Source: Phyllobates terribilis (lineage: Eukaryota). From it: a DNA stretch of 64,000 nt. Under the pieces are notes generated by a model. The model worked only from the letters and a program-made list of their open reading frames with translations, made no database searches and was not told the origin of the DNA. Within the stretch, counting starts at the first letter, position 1. Each line of letters opens with the position of its first letter. The DNA is taken from NCBI RefSeq assembly GCF_046119375.1, contig NW_027362761.1:980902001-980966000 (forward strand), read 5' to 3'. Below, piece after piece: positions 1 to 13,718 of the stretch. Both the position numbers and the translations under genes were made by a program.

Positions 1-1565
1 AATGAAAGTTTTTAAGAACAGGAAACAAAATAAATAGGACCCACAGAACATCTTTCATTTCTGCCAACTATTGCCAAAAAGACGTGGAGCATCAGAGAGG
101 AGCAGCGACGGTAAACTCAACAAGTAACGGCTGCCTGTTCTTCTGAGAAAACAAGGTTCAATGGATCTTCAGACGGGGAAAAACAAAGTCACAAAAAATG
201 AGAACATGTATTGTAATCCTTTCAATTTTACATTGTACACTGAAACCTGATGATCTGTCACTTTCAATCTTTCATTCTAGTAAAGTCACAGCTCAGTAGT
301 TTTTCCACTACAATCTATCGGCTTCCACAATATCCTATAAATAATGAAACAAGAAATGATGTGATGATGGTACAATTCTACCAAGCTTATGTGTAGCGCT
401 AAAGCCAGCTAACAACTGTTTCGACTTTAGATTTACTCTATTTTATAGGTGGAAAGTCGCTTTACAGCTACTAAACCTATACATTTGTAACAAACATACA
501 GGGAAAAATCCTTAATACTAACAATTCATAATCCAGAAATTCTAATTATTCTCAACAAGATTGTCTTGAATTGCAGACCAGAAACAGAAACTTGAGCAGA
601 AAGAATAAAATCGGAGACTGCTCTAGGTTGTATAAGGTTATGTAAAATTATAAATTGTTAATTTACTAGAATTTTAATTCAGGCTTCTCTACACTTACAG
701 AGTTAATATGTACTATTCAAGGACAGTTTAAAAACATATCAATCCTAAAACACCCATATACTTAATTTTTGCTTTCCTCTTCAAAACTACTAAAACAATG
801 AGACAGCACCAAATGGAAAGATGGTTACAGGTCAAAAAAGTCTTCACACTCAATCCTCCATTAACATACACCAGCCAACATGTTGAGGGCACGAGTGGCT
901 ATTGGTAACACCAATGCTGCCAATCCTGGAAGAAAACAAGTAAGGTCTATCAAAGTAGACACTTGACAATTCCACCTCCCAAAGGAAAAGTGACAAAAGG
1001 AACATTAAACTGTACTCAGAATCTAGGAGCAAAAATGTGTATATCCGGTTTATAAAATTCACCAGCAGATACTCAGCATGTATCAGCAGGACTCACTTAT
1101 ATGTCATATACAATAAATCTTGACACATCTCCTTTACAAAGAAATAACAATGTGTACCATAAAAGTAATCCCATAAGTAAATATTCTCAGAGTAGCAATA
1201 AAACCAGTGAAAAGTAAGAGTCTTGGAAAACTATTACTTCTTCAGGTCTCCCCGATGTTTCGTTACTTTCCTACAAACCTTTACCCCATGTTGGAAAAGG
1301 GTTAAACACACAATAAAAGACATTTTATATGATGGGTTTCTCCATCGATGGCTACTGAAAAATGAATCGATGTCTCGGTACCCTGCAAAATGTAATTTTC
1401 ATTTATACAGGAAATAATTATAATTATATTGAGGAACCAAATTCAGATATTCGGAGTCTAATATCGAAGGGGGTGTTCTAATGAAGACATCTTTTTAGAT
1501 GGAAGTTGGTCAATGTCTCGCATTAACAAATTTACATTTCATTGGGGGAAGTGCAGTATGACATA

Positions 1566-3178
1566 CAGTGCCTTGTGAAAGTATTTGGCCCCCTTGTACT
1601 TTTCTACCTTTTGCCACATTTCTGGCTTCAAATATGAAGATATAAAATTCAAATTTTTTTGGGAAGAATCAACAACAAGTGGGACACAATCGTGAAGTAG
1701 AACGAAATTTTTTGGATATTTTAAACTTTTTAAAAAAATTAAAAACTGAAAAGTGGGGCGTGCAATATTATTCGGCCCCCTTGAGTTAATACTTTGTAGC
1801 GCCACCTTTTGCTGCGATTACAGCTGCAAGTCGCTTGGGGTATGTCTCTATCAGTTTTGCACATCGAGAGGCTGAAATTCTTGCCCATTCTTTCTTGCAA
1901 AACAGCTCGAGCTCATTGAGGTTGGATGGAGGGCGTTTGTGAACAGCAGTTTTCAGCTCTTTCCACAGATTGGATTCAGGTCTGGACTTTGACTTGGCCA
2001 TTCTAACACCTGGATACATTTATTTTTGAACCATTCCATTGTAGATTTTGCTTTATGTTTGTGATCATTGTCTTGTTGGAAGATAAATCTCCGTCCCAGT
2101 CTCAGGTCTTTTGCAGACTCCAACAGGTTTTCTTCCAGAATGGTACTGTATTTGGCTCCGTCCATCTTCCCAATCAATTTTAACCATCTTCCCTGTCCCT
2201 GCTGAAGAAAAGCAGGCCCAAACCATGAGGCTGCCACGACCACGTTTGACAGTGGGGATGGTGTTTTGAGGGTGATGAGCTGTGCTGCTTTTACGCCAAA
2301 CATATCGTTTTGCATTGTGGCCAAAAAGTTCGATTTTGGTTTCATATGACCAGAGCACCTTATTCCACATGTTTGGTGTGTCTCCCAGGTGGCTTGTGGC
2401 AAACTTCAAACGAAACTTTTTATGGATATCTTTGAGAAATGGCTTTCTTCTTGCCACTCTTCCATAAAGGCCAGATTTGTGCAGTGTACGAGTGATTGTT
2501 GTCCTATGGACAGACTCTCCCACCGCAGCTGTAGAACAGAGTGATCATGGGCCTTTTGGCTGCATCTCTGATCAGTCCTCTGCTTGCTTGAGATGAAAGT
2601 TTAGAGGGACGGTCGGGTCTTGGTAGATTTGCAGAGGTCTGATACTCCTTCCATTTCAATATGATCGCTTGCACAGTGCTCCTTGAGATGTTTAAAACTT
2701 GGGAAATCTTTTTGCATCCAAATCCGGCTTTAAACTTCACCACAACAGTATCTCGGACCTGCCTGGTGTGTTTCTTGGTCTTCATGATGCTCTCTGCACT
2801 TGAAACAGAACCCTGAGACTATCACAGAGCAGGTGCATTTATATGGAGACTTGATTACACACAGGTGGATTCTATTTATCATTACCAGTCATTTAGGACA
2901 ACATTGGCTCCTTCAGAGATCCTCACTGAACTTCTGGAGTGAGTTTGCTGCACTGAAAGTAAAGGGGCCAAATAATATTGCACGTCCCACTTTTCAGTTT
3001 TTAATTTTTTTTAAAAGTTTAAAATATCCAATAAATTTCGTTCCACTTCACGATTGTGTCCCACTTGTTGTTGATTCTTCCCAAAAAAAATTAGAATTTT
3101 ATATCTTTATGTTTGAAGCCAGAAATGTGGCAAAAAGTAGAAAAGTTCAAGGGGGTCAAATACTTTCACAAGGCACTG
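1566..3178 (-). mobile_element. Tc1 DNA transposon (Passport-like subfamily), full length, transposase frameshifted
   Basis: TA-flanked CAGTG...CACTG ends with ~215-bp TIRs; minus-strand ORF fragments 2785-1786 give MKTKKHTRQVRD..., WSYETK, FQQDNDHKH, WPSQSPDLNPI and AAKGGATKY. Confidence 0.95.
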
Positions 3179-4417
3179 TATAAACCAATGAAATTGAGGG
3201 ATTAAACTTACGGGTTTGTTCTAGAACAAAAAAACAAAAACATAAAAAAAAAGAAAAAGAAAAAAAAAGACATTCATCTACCATAGCCACGCTGTTCTTC
3301 AATACTGATGCCGAAGTCCCAGAAAAGAGAACTAGGAGGTTGGCCACAATAGTCATGTGCCATTCGAGCTGGAAGAGGCAATCAGTGATCCCATGCTGCA
3401 GCCAGCCATGGGACACCCCACACCAGAGGAGCATGTGAGGAGCCCAGGAGACATTGCAGTGGTACCAAGGTACAGTGGGGGTCCAAAGGGTGAGCATATA
3501 TTTATTTTAGACCACGGGTCCAAAGAATAATACAAGTTGTGGATAACCCCCCTTAAAAACATAGTATAAATTGACTAATTTACCACTCCTTTAGTGTGGT
3601 TCTTGTTATAGTCCACAATATTTTGTAGCTCCATGCTGGAAACAAGACCAGAAGCAAAAGAATGCGCAGTCCCATAATGAAAACTGACTGATATATTCTA
3701 TTTTGGGCTGTCTGGAGGTAGATTTTAATTAATTTTCTATGGCAAACCCATAATGAAAGCATTTGATAATGCAACACCTGAAAGGTCCAATTAATCTTCT
3801 ACTTACAGGACATGCTGGGAGGTCCTCCAGCAGCCGCTTCTAACCTCATTATAAAAGTGACCCCTGAGAATCACTACTCCCTTTCCTAGATCAACAATGA
3901 TCGATGCAGGAGCAGCCACGGCGTTCTATGTTTTTTTTTGGCCAGCACTGTATTCTTTTCGAGGTCTACTGACTGTTTTGTAAGCAACTCTCTGAGGAAA
4001 CATGACAAGGTTCTAAATTAATCCTTGTTGTGAGGTCACATTCCAAGCTAGGACTAGATACAAAAAGAATGTTTTTTTTAAACATTTTTTTTTACCCTAA
4101 AGCGGTGTGTATGTGTTAATATACTCTCCTACCGCCGCCTACTCCAGGATCCAGCACCATTTCTCTCCTCTTCTGACATCACCCCTCTGCAAACTCTGGG
4201 TCATGTTGCACTCTGTGTGACCAGGCAGTGGCTTTTACAATGTAAGTCTATGGAGCGTCAGAATGAGACTTCCTAGACTTATGGCTCACACAAAACGATC
4301 CAGAGAGTCTGAATTGCCAACATGCGACTCAGAAGAGGATTGGAACATAGCTGGATACCAGAGTAGACGGATGGGACTACATTAGTACCACACACTACAC
4401 TACAGACACAGTTTTAT

Positions 4418-4437
4418 GGGGGGGGGGGGGGGGGGGG
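4418..4437. repeat. poly-G homopolymer (20 nt)
   Basis: Read directly from the sequence. Confidence 0.9.
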
Positions 4438-5194
4438 ACACATTTCATGGGGATGCTTCTTTAAAGGGATTGACCAAGATTATAAAGAAAATGAATCTCT
4501 CATTTTTGTAGAAACACCACCACTCCTTTCCATGTGTGTCTGTGTCTGTCCAGTATTACAAAAGCATCAACTAAAGTGAATTGGGGTGAGCGGCAACATC
4601 AGGCAATGCCTTTCTTATTTCAGACAACAACAGGGAGATTGACACATGGAAATCAGTTGTTACAAAATTAACATTAAATATTAAAGGGAAAATAAATCCT
4701 TTCCCTGTAATGAGGATTAAAAAGAAGCTTTAATCCTCGTATTAAAGGATTTTTTTTGTAAGAGAATCAAGATGCCCTGTCTCTCTCTCTCATAATTGAC
4801 TTGAACTGGGAAAAACTGCAGTTTGCCAAGTCATATGCAGGAAGTGAATTATGCCTGTATATTTTTATTTTCCATTTTAAGGGGATCTACTTCATAAGGA
4901 ATAAATATTAAGACGACTGATCTGATGCAGAGGAAGATGCCGTCTGCTGCATCAGTACTTATAGCTAATAAATATGGGTAAATCAGAGATAAAGGAGTCT
5001 GTGTGGGGGATTAGTGCTAAGAATATGAGGTTACAAGACCAGCCATATGTTAAGCCCCAAAGCCGAGCAACCTGTCCTTGTCCAAAGTAGACCATGATCC
5101 AGCTGAGTTTAGGATTGGGCCTCTCAATGCTCAGCCATCTTTTTTTACTTATTGTTAACCCCTTAGTAACAAAGTCCAATTTTTCAAAATTTAC

Positions 5195-6570
5195 ATAAGA
5201 TAATAATAAGATAATAAGATATACTTTATTTATCCCGGAGGAAATTGCGGTATCACAGCAGCAGAACACAGATCTCGAACATGACACATATAATAACATA
5301 ACATTTGGAATGCTTTAGACATTGCTTTTCAGACATTTGTTAAACACCCCCATAGCTGTTGGAACAAACGATCTCCTGTATTTTTCCTTTTTACACCTTC
5401 GTTGTATTAGGCGATTGCTGAATGTGCTCTTCTGTTTCGCAAACAGTTCATAAAGCGGGTGTGTGTTGTTGCCCATTATAGCTCTGCACTTCTTCTTAAT
5501 CCTATCCTCTACCACCTCTTCAAAAGTCCCAAGCTGTAGGCCCACCGTCGCGCTAGCCTTCTTTATAAGTTTGTTGAGCTTGTTGGCGTCAGCAACACGC
5601 ACACTGTTACCCCAGCAAATTATTGCCGCAAAGGTGGCACTAGCCACAATGGATTGGTAGAACACCTCAAGCATTTTGCCACACACATTAAAAGACCTTA
5701 ACTTCCTTAGGAAGTACAATCTACTCATCCCCTTCTTGTAGACCTTCTCCATGTGGCACTTCCAGTCTAGCTTGCTATCCAGGTAAACCCCCAAATATTT
5801 GAAACTGTCCACCATCTCCACATCCTGACCATCAATGGTAACAGGTAGGCATACCTTCTTGCACCTTCCATAGCTCATCACCAACTCCCTGGTTTTCTTA
5901 ACATTTAGTTCTAGATGGTTAGCCTGGCACCATACTACAAAGTCCGCAACCACCCTTCTATATTCCTCTTCATCCTGGTCCTTCCCAATACCGCCAACTA
6001 TCACAGAGTCATCCGAGTACTTCTGGAGGTGACAACGGTCTGATTTATACTGAAAGTCAGCTGTGTACAATGTAAAGAGGAATGGCGACAGCACTGTTCC
6101 CTGCGGGGCTCCGACACTGCTCAGTACACTATCTGATGTAGCCGTCCCCCACCTAACAAACTGTGGCCTATCCGACAGGTAGTCAATTATCCAATTCACA
6201 AGTCCCTCATCCACCGCCATTTTAATCAACTTTCCACGCAGTAAGAGTGGCTGTAATGTGTTGAACGCACTAGAGAAATCAAAGAACAAAGCACGCATTG
6301 TGGTTCCATCATTGTCCAAAAAGGAATGTACTGTTTGTAGCAGAGACGCTACAGCATCGTCCACCCCCAGTCCCTGCCGGTACGCAAACTGAAGAGCATC
6401 AGTATGCACCATCACCCTCGGACACAAGTGAGCAAGTACTATTCTCTCCAAGGACTTCATCGCATGCGATGTTAAGGCCACCGGTCTATAGTCCCCCGGG
6501 GAAGCCGGGAAGGTAGTCTTGGGAACCGGCACCAGGCAGGAAGTCTTCCATAGCACTGGTACTCTCTTTC
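5195..6570 (-). mobile_element. 5'-truncated Rex1/Babar-clade LINE with open RT/C-terminal frame
   Basis: ERVPVLWKTSCLVPVPK, DYRPVALTSHAMKSLER, FFDFSSAFNT, GAPQGTVLSPFLF, LQKYSDDS, FKYLGV; ORF 5315-6556 has no stops; short-repeat (TATCTTAT-type) 3' tail at ~5195-5222. Confidence 0.9.
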
Positions 6571-6868
6571 CTATTGTTTACTTACTTCAGTATCATTATT
6601 CAAAAGTCCTTTTGTTAGGACGTTGGAGTTAAAAGTCAATTTTTCAAGGAAATATAAAAAAAAAATGTTTTTTTTTGTTGTTTTTTTTTAAAGGTCCAAT
6701 TCAGTTTTGAAGTGACTTTGAGGGGCCTATATATTGCAAAACCTCAAAGTGATACAATTAAAAACAAAACAAAACTGCACCCCGTAAATTATTTAAACCG
6801 GTCAGGAAATTTGTACCCTTAGAGGAATTAACAGAAAGTGGAATAAAAATTAGGAATTAATCCTAATA

Positions 6869-9800
6869 TTTCCAGGAGACCATCATGACCGCGCGACAGG
6901 AGGTTGTCCTTCTCATGCTCTAGGGAAAGGTAACACACGAGAGGTTAAAAGCCTCCCCCCTGCATCACACCCTCAGTGTCTTACCAAATCACCACACCAG
7001 GATGGATGAATTTTATTTTATTGAATTGTCTCACACCAATTCAGGGAAGGAATGTAATAGTGCTGTCATGATGGACTCCTGGAAATATAATTACCGGTAG
7101 GACCAATTCCTAGTTTCACCAGGACATGACAGCACGACAGGAGAAATACCAAATCAATGGAATATTTATGGCGTGACTACTGCCTGAAGGACTTTCCTTC
7201 CGTAGGCTAAATGTTGAGCTGATGAAATGTCCAGCTTATAATGTCTACAGAAAGTGGTTATATTGGCCCATGTTGCAGCCCTACAAATTTGGTCCACAGA
7301 GGCCCCCTGCCCTTTCAGCCAAGGAGGTAGAAATTGCTCTTGTAGAATGTACCTTGATATCAAGCGGAGGCTCTTTCCCTTCCAACTTGTATGCCATGGA
7401 AATGATTGAGGTAATCCATCTGGCTGAAGTCACTCTTGAAGTCACTCTTGCTTCTGTTTTTACCCGAATGCTGAATGAAAAGATTTGAGTCATGTCTCCA
7501 TGGTTTTGTGACTTCCGCGCAACACATTACTGACCTTCTGACATCAAGTGTATGGAATAGTCTTTTTCGTTTTTCGGGTGCTGACAAAAAGATGGCAATA
7601 TGATTTTGTGGTTCAAGTTTTTCATGGACATTACATTCGGGAAGAAGGATGGGTCAAGTTTGAAGACTGTCCGGTCAACCAGAATATGCAAATAAGGGTC
7701 TGTTGTTGATAGTGCCTGAATCTCTCCTACTCACTTTGCTGATGTTACTGCTACCAGAAATGCTGTCTTCATGGAGAATAATTTTATACTGGTTTCCTCC
7801 TGAGGTTCAAAAGGAGTTTACATAAGGCACCTAGTATCAGGTTTAGGTCCCATGGTGGTACTAATTTTCAGATTGTAGGTCTCAACCTAGTAACTGATTT
7901 TGCAAACCTTGCCATCCAGGGATGGTCTGCCAGTGGGTAATCTAAAAAGGCACTAAGAGTCGAGATCTGTACTCTAAGTGTGCTTGGTCTCAAGCCCTTT
8001 TCAAACCCTAGCTGAAGGAACTCTAGAATCTTTGGAATGTCGGGCTGGGAAGAGATTCCTAAGGATTCTCCAACATGACAGCAGTATTTCTTCCATATCT
8101 TGGAGTAGATGGCGGAAGTGGCTGGTTTTCTACTAGCCTGTATGATGGTTATTACCCTATCCGATAGACCCTTAGAACTTAGAATCTGCCTCTCAGGACC
8201 CACGCTGTCAGACATAAGAAGTGTATATCCTGATGTATTAGAGGGCCCTGTGATAGAAGGTCATGTCTCTCCGGCAGGGAACACGGATCTTCTAGGGCTA
8301 TGTGATTTAACAGAGGGAACCAGCTTCTTTTGGGCCATCAAGAGGCTACTAGAATTACTGTGGCACAGTCTTCCTGGATCTTTTCTTAGGACCTTGGAAA
8401 AACCTTTTCACTTTCGTATTCCTGTGGGTGGCAAAGAGATTTAGTGACGGGACGCCCCAGCGGTGGATAAGATTGTGAAATACCTCCGGATTCAACTCCC
8501 ATTCGGATGACCAAACCATTTCCCTGCTGAGGAAGTTCGCCACTATGTTCTCTGATCCCTTGAGGTGAACCGAGGTTATGGAGATAAGTCTTCTCTGCCC
8601 ACTGGAATATCTACCCAGACAGATTCTGTAGAAGCTGCCCTCTTGGGCCTCTTTGGTGCCAAATAAACGAGACAGTCGTTATATTGTCCGAAAAAAATCT
8701 TCACATGTTTTCCTCTGAGGACGTGCTGGTATTGCTGAAGCACTTCACATACCGCTCTTAATTCCCTGTAGTTTGATGATTTCCTGCTCTCTTCTGGGGA
8801 CCAAGTACCCTGAATGTACTGACGTTCTACCTCTGCTCCCCAACCTAGTTGGCTAGCATCTGTGGTAATTCTTATACACGGGGATGGAGTTCATTGTATT
8901 CCTCTTTGGAGATTTCTTGGAGATGTCCACCATGACAGGGAGGACTTTAGACTTGCGGAAATCTTCATTTCTTTGTCTAGTCCAGAATGGTTGCTTGTTC
9001 CAGTTTAGCAGGACTGTCTGCTGCAGTTCTCTGGAGTGCGTCTGACCCCATCGTACACTTAGGAAGCATGATTTTATAAGCCATAAGATTCTCATGGTGT
9101 ACCTTACGGACGCTGTTCTTTTCTTTTTGAACAAGCAAATTCTGCTGCTTATATCATTTCTTTTGTCAATCGTGAGGGAGGACATTCAACGATGTGAATA
9201 TAGGAGGACTCCCAAGAACACCTTCTGCATCTCTGGCTACAGTTTGGACTTTTCCCATTTTATACAACATTCTAGGTTTTTTAGCGTATGGATGGTCTGG
9301 ACAAGATGCTAATTGAGAAGCGATACTGAATCTGCCGCCAGAAGGAGATAGTCCACATATGGTACGATGATTATGCCTTCCTGAATGCCGCTGCTACCTC
9401 CATCATTAGCTTTGTGAAGAAATGAGGTGCCGAGGATAGGCCAAGTGGCAGGCATTGGAACTGGAAGTGGTAGATTCTTCCCTGGTATTTTAGTGCAAAT
9501 CTTAGAAATGAATGGCAGGCGGGATGGAAGGACACATGGTAATATGCGTCTCTTAAGTCCACCATACACATTACTGAATTCTTTTTTTAATGGAACAATT
9601 ATTTTTATAGTTTCCATCTTGAATTTTTTGTATTTTATGCTCTGGTTTAAAGGTCTTAGAGTTATGATCGTGCCGTAATTCCCTGAGGGTTTTTTTTTTA
9701 GAGAGAAAAAAGTGAAGCGCAAGGTCCTTGCCCTCTCTCTAAAGGTTGTACTGGCCTGACCATGCCGGATTTCAACAGATCTGACGCGCCCCCCCTTACC

Positions 9801-12800
9801 CAGAGTCTTTTTAAGGCAGTAGGAGTCGGAGCGATGGTAAGCCGATACCTTTGAGGTGGGATGCAGGCAAATTCAGGCAAATTCGATCCTGTAGCCTTAT
9901 TTCATGGTTTGCAAAATCCATGGATTTTCCGTGATGGACTGCCAACCCGTGTGAAAAAAACCGAAGTCTCCCCCCGATTTCTCTGGCGTTAGGGTCTTCC
10001 TGATGGGCCTGTAGCGAATCGGTGGTCCTGCCCTTACCTCCTTTGGGATAACTCCACCTCCCAGATTCACCTTTTCCTTTGTAATCCTGGCTTTGCGATG
10101 GTCGGGGCCTACGAAAGGACTGATATTTTTTAGTTTTCTCCTCAGGGAATGCCTTTTTTCATCTGAAGCACTTTCCAGGATCTTATCCAAGACCCGCCCA
10201 AAGACATTGGCTCCTGAAAACGGGATTGCACAAAGCTTATTTTTGGAATGGCAGTCCCCCGACCAGGTTTTCAGCCAGATGGCTAGAACGAATGTCTTGT
10301 CTCGGGAAGGCAAGCTGAGAACCTTACAGAGTCTGCTGATGGATCTGCCATAAACTAGGTTGCAGATTTTAGCATAGGAAGGGAATCTAGGATGACCTCT
10401 CGGGAAGTATTAGATTTTATTTGTGATGATAACTCATTGATTCAAAAAGGGACATGGACCTGGCTACCGAAGTTGCGACTATATAAGATTTAATAAGAGC
10501 AGCCGAGGCCTCCCAGCTTCTCCTTAGGAGCCCATGAGCATTTCTATCCATGGCGTCGCAGAGGCACAATGAATCCTCAAATGGTATTGAGGTCTTTCTT
10601 GCCACTCTGGCCATAGGAATGTCAATTTTAGGGACTTCTTCCCAAATCTTGTATTCCTCCGGGTTAAAAGGGAGATGGGCCTTGAAATCCCTAGGAACAA
10701 GTCGCTTCTCCGTACCCTCCCATTCTTCCAAAATCATGGACCTTATATGTTCGTTAACTGGGACACACTTTCTTTGGGTTCTTAGTCCCCCGAACATTTC
10801 ATCTTGTATGGTATGTGGTATTTGAGTATCCTCATAGTATTTCTGACTGCTCTTAATAACTTTGTATTCTCGGATGAGAAAAGATATTTCTTCCGGTCTT
10901 CGGAGGTGATATGGGGGCGATATTTCTCTCGCTTCTAGATCCTGTTCAGAATCATAAGAATATACTTCCTCCTCCAATAATTCATCCATCTCCCATCTGG
11001 CTCTCTTGTGACGGGATGTATCTTGAACAGTCTGGGGTGGCATAAGCCTGTAGACCGTGCTCTGGACCTCTTCCCAGATCATAGAAAGTATGTTTGCCTG
11101 GAATGTGGAATGTTCCTCTTTGAGGACTTTGGCTATACACTCTGCACATACAGTACAGACCAAAAGTTTGGACACACTTTCTCATTTAAAGATTTTTCTG
11201 TATTTTCATGACTATGAAAATTGTACATTCACACTGAAGGCATCAAAACTATGAATTAACACATGTGGAATTATATACTTAACAAAAAAGTGTGAAGCAA
11301 CTGAAAATATGTCTTATATTCTAGGTTCTTCAAAGTAGCCACCTTTTGCTTTGATGACTGCTTTGCACACTCTTGGCATTCTCTTGATGAGCTTCAAGAG
11401 GTAGTCACCGGAAATGGTTTTCACTTCACAGGTGTGCCCTGTCAGGTTTAATAAGTGGGATTTCTTGCCTTATAAATGGGATTGGGACCATCAGTTGTGT
11501 TGTGCAGAAGTCTGGTGGATACACAGCTGATAGTCCTACTGAATAGACTGTTAGAATTTGTATTATGGCAAGAAAAAAGCAGGTCAGTCAGTGCGAAAAA
11601 TTAGGAAAACTTTGAAAGTGTCCCCAAGTGCAGTTGCAAAAACCATCAAGCGCTACAAAGAAACTGGCTCACTTGAGGACCGCCCCAGGAAAGGAAGACC
11701 AAGAGTCACCTCTGCTTCAGAGGATAAGTTTATCCGAGTCACCAGCCTCAGAAATCGCAGGTTAACAGCAGCTCAGATTAGAGACCAGGTCAATGCCACA
11801 CAGAGTTCTAGCAGCAGACACATCTCTACAACAACTGTAAAGAGGAGACTTTGTGCAGCAGGCCTTCATGGTAAAATAGCTGCTAGGAAACCACTGGTAA
11901 GGACAGGCAACAAGCAGAAGAGACTTGTTTGGGCTAAAGAACTCAAGGAATGGACATTAGACCAGTGGAAATCTGTGCTTTGGTCTGACGAGTCCAACCA
12001 CCGTGTCTTTGCGACGCAGAAAAGGTGAACGGATGGACTCTACATGCCTGGTTCCCACCGTGAAGCATGGAGGAGGAGGTGTGATGGTGTGGGGGTGCTT
12101 TGCTGGTGACACTGTTGGTGATTTATTCAAAATTGAAGGCAAACTGAACGAGCATGGCTACCACAGCATCTTGCAGCGGCATGCTATTCCATGCGGTTTG
12201 CGTTTAGTTGGACCATCATTTATTTTTCAACAGGACAATGACCCCAAACACACCTCCAGGCTGTGTAAGGGCTATTTGACCAAGAAGGAGAGCGATGGGG
12301 TGCCACGCCAGATGACCTAGCCTCCACAGTCACCAGACCTGAACCCAATCGAGATGGTTTGGGGTGAGCTGGACCGCAGAGTGAAGGCAAAAGGGCCAAC
12401 AAGTGCCAAGCATCTCTGGGAACTCCTTCAAGATTGTTGGAAGACCATTTCCGGTGACTACCTCTTGAAGCTCATCAAGAGAATGCCAAGAGTGTGCAAA
12501 GCAGTCATCAAAGCAAAAGGTTGCTACTTTGAAGAACCTAGAATATAAGACATATTTTCAGTTGTTTCACACTTTTTTGTTAAGTATATAATTCCACATG
12601 TGTTAATTCATAGTTTTGATGCCTTCAGTGTGAATGTACAATTTTCATAGTCATGAAAATACAGAAAAATCTTTAAATGAGAAGGTGTGTCCAAACTTTT
12701 GGTCTGTATTGTAATTGTTTTTAATGTGCGTCAGGCAGCCTGGTATTACAGGTTAGGCATCTTCTCAACTTTTTACGGGTAGATGAACCCGATCCTAAGG

Positions 12801-13445
12801 GGCCGTTCTCCTAAATTTGAAGAGACAGGAGAATTTAATTTCTATAACCATTACCTCTTTTTAAGGTTGGGAAGTGTTACTCAGGGACCCGAGTCAACTT
12901 ACACTGCCCAGGGACTGTTCAGATTGAGTCTCTGAACGTGCAGGATTAGGATTCCATGGTCAGAATGAACACCTCATGTACTGAAGTAAGTACCCTTTTA
13001 TAGGGTCTTACCTTATCCCAGGTGCTTAGTGAGGGTCGCCATCAGGGTTCCCTTGCGTTCCACAGTGGAAAGCATGCTGCACCGTCCAAATCGGATGTTC
13101 CCCTCGAAACCAGAATCAGAAGGCGTCCAGACCGGAAGTGCGTCCCCTGGTGGAGCGCATGTGGCATGCTTTCCGGAAAAAGCGTTCTGAGGGATGCAGC
13201 GTGGCGCAGAGAGCCCTCCTGAGAGGGAGGAGGCGGCGGCGTCAGGAGCAACATCCCGCTCTACTGATGTGGCTGAGGGACCCCCACCCAGTGAGGTTTC
13301 AGCCTGGAACCTCTTGACAGCAGGAAGGGAAGAGATCGATCCCACTCAGCTCTCAGGTAGGAACTTCGTGCTGATGCGCTCCTCTCTGCATCTGTCCTGC
13401 TAGGGACAGGAAAAACACTAAGTGTGATGGGGGTGGGTAGGGGGA
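6869..13445 (-). mobile_element. DIRS1-like tyrosine-recombinase retrotransposon, degenerate, interrupted by a Tc1
   Basis: Minus-strand order: gag-like with CxxC..CxxC (~12770-9900), RT (DLRDAYYHV, LPLGLSSAP), RNase H (TTDASQLGWGA ~8850), MT-like (NLFATHRNTKVKRFF), YR (SRKPAT, GLRPSTLRVQIS, HSTRAIS, ICRAATW, TFCRHY); 3' terminus 6869-6889 is inverted-complementary to ICR 7065-7085. Confidence 0.9.
11151..12711 (+). mobile_element. Tc1 transposon inserted in the DIRS gag
   Basis: TA TSD (11149-50 and 12712-13); CAGTACAGACCAAAAGTTTGGACAC TIRs of ~190 bp; frameshifted transposase 11558-12548 (LWSDES, FQQDNDPKH, SPDLNPIE). Confidence 0.95.
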
Positions 13446-13718
13446 CTGCAGGCATCCTAACAGACCACTATAGATGGCAGATCCCGAGGCCATTACTTTG
13501 GTTACTACACTATCGCAATAGCAGGGTGCCAATGGGATTAAAGAGGGAGTTCCCTTTCTCTGTTAAACATCTAGATGCATTTTGTTATGATTGAGAGCAG
13601 CCTATATAGAGGATTAAACAGCTACAATTTGTGCCAAAACAAAACCAATCATGGCCGATGCAGCAGGCTGGCAGTTATAGCATACAGTCGGGAGAAGCTA
13701 TTCAAATATCCTGGGACC

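Noticed and set aside
850-1062. 70-aa minus-strand ORF as a host exon or L1 remnant
   Set aside because: It has no recognisable family motif and only a faint resemblance to L1 ORF2, which is not enough to call.
7218-7240. Other CTGANGA hits (also ~247, 21076, 25667, 32722, 57231) as hammerheads
   Set aside because: None has a correctly placed GAAA with stems I-III.
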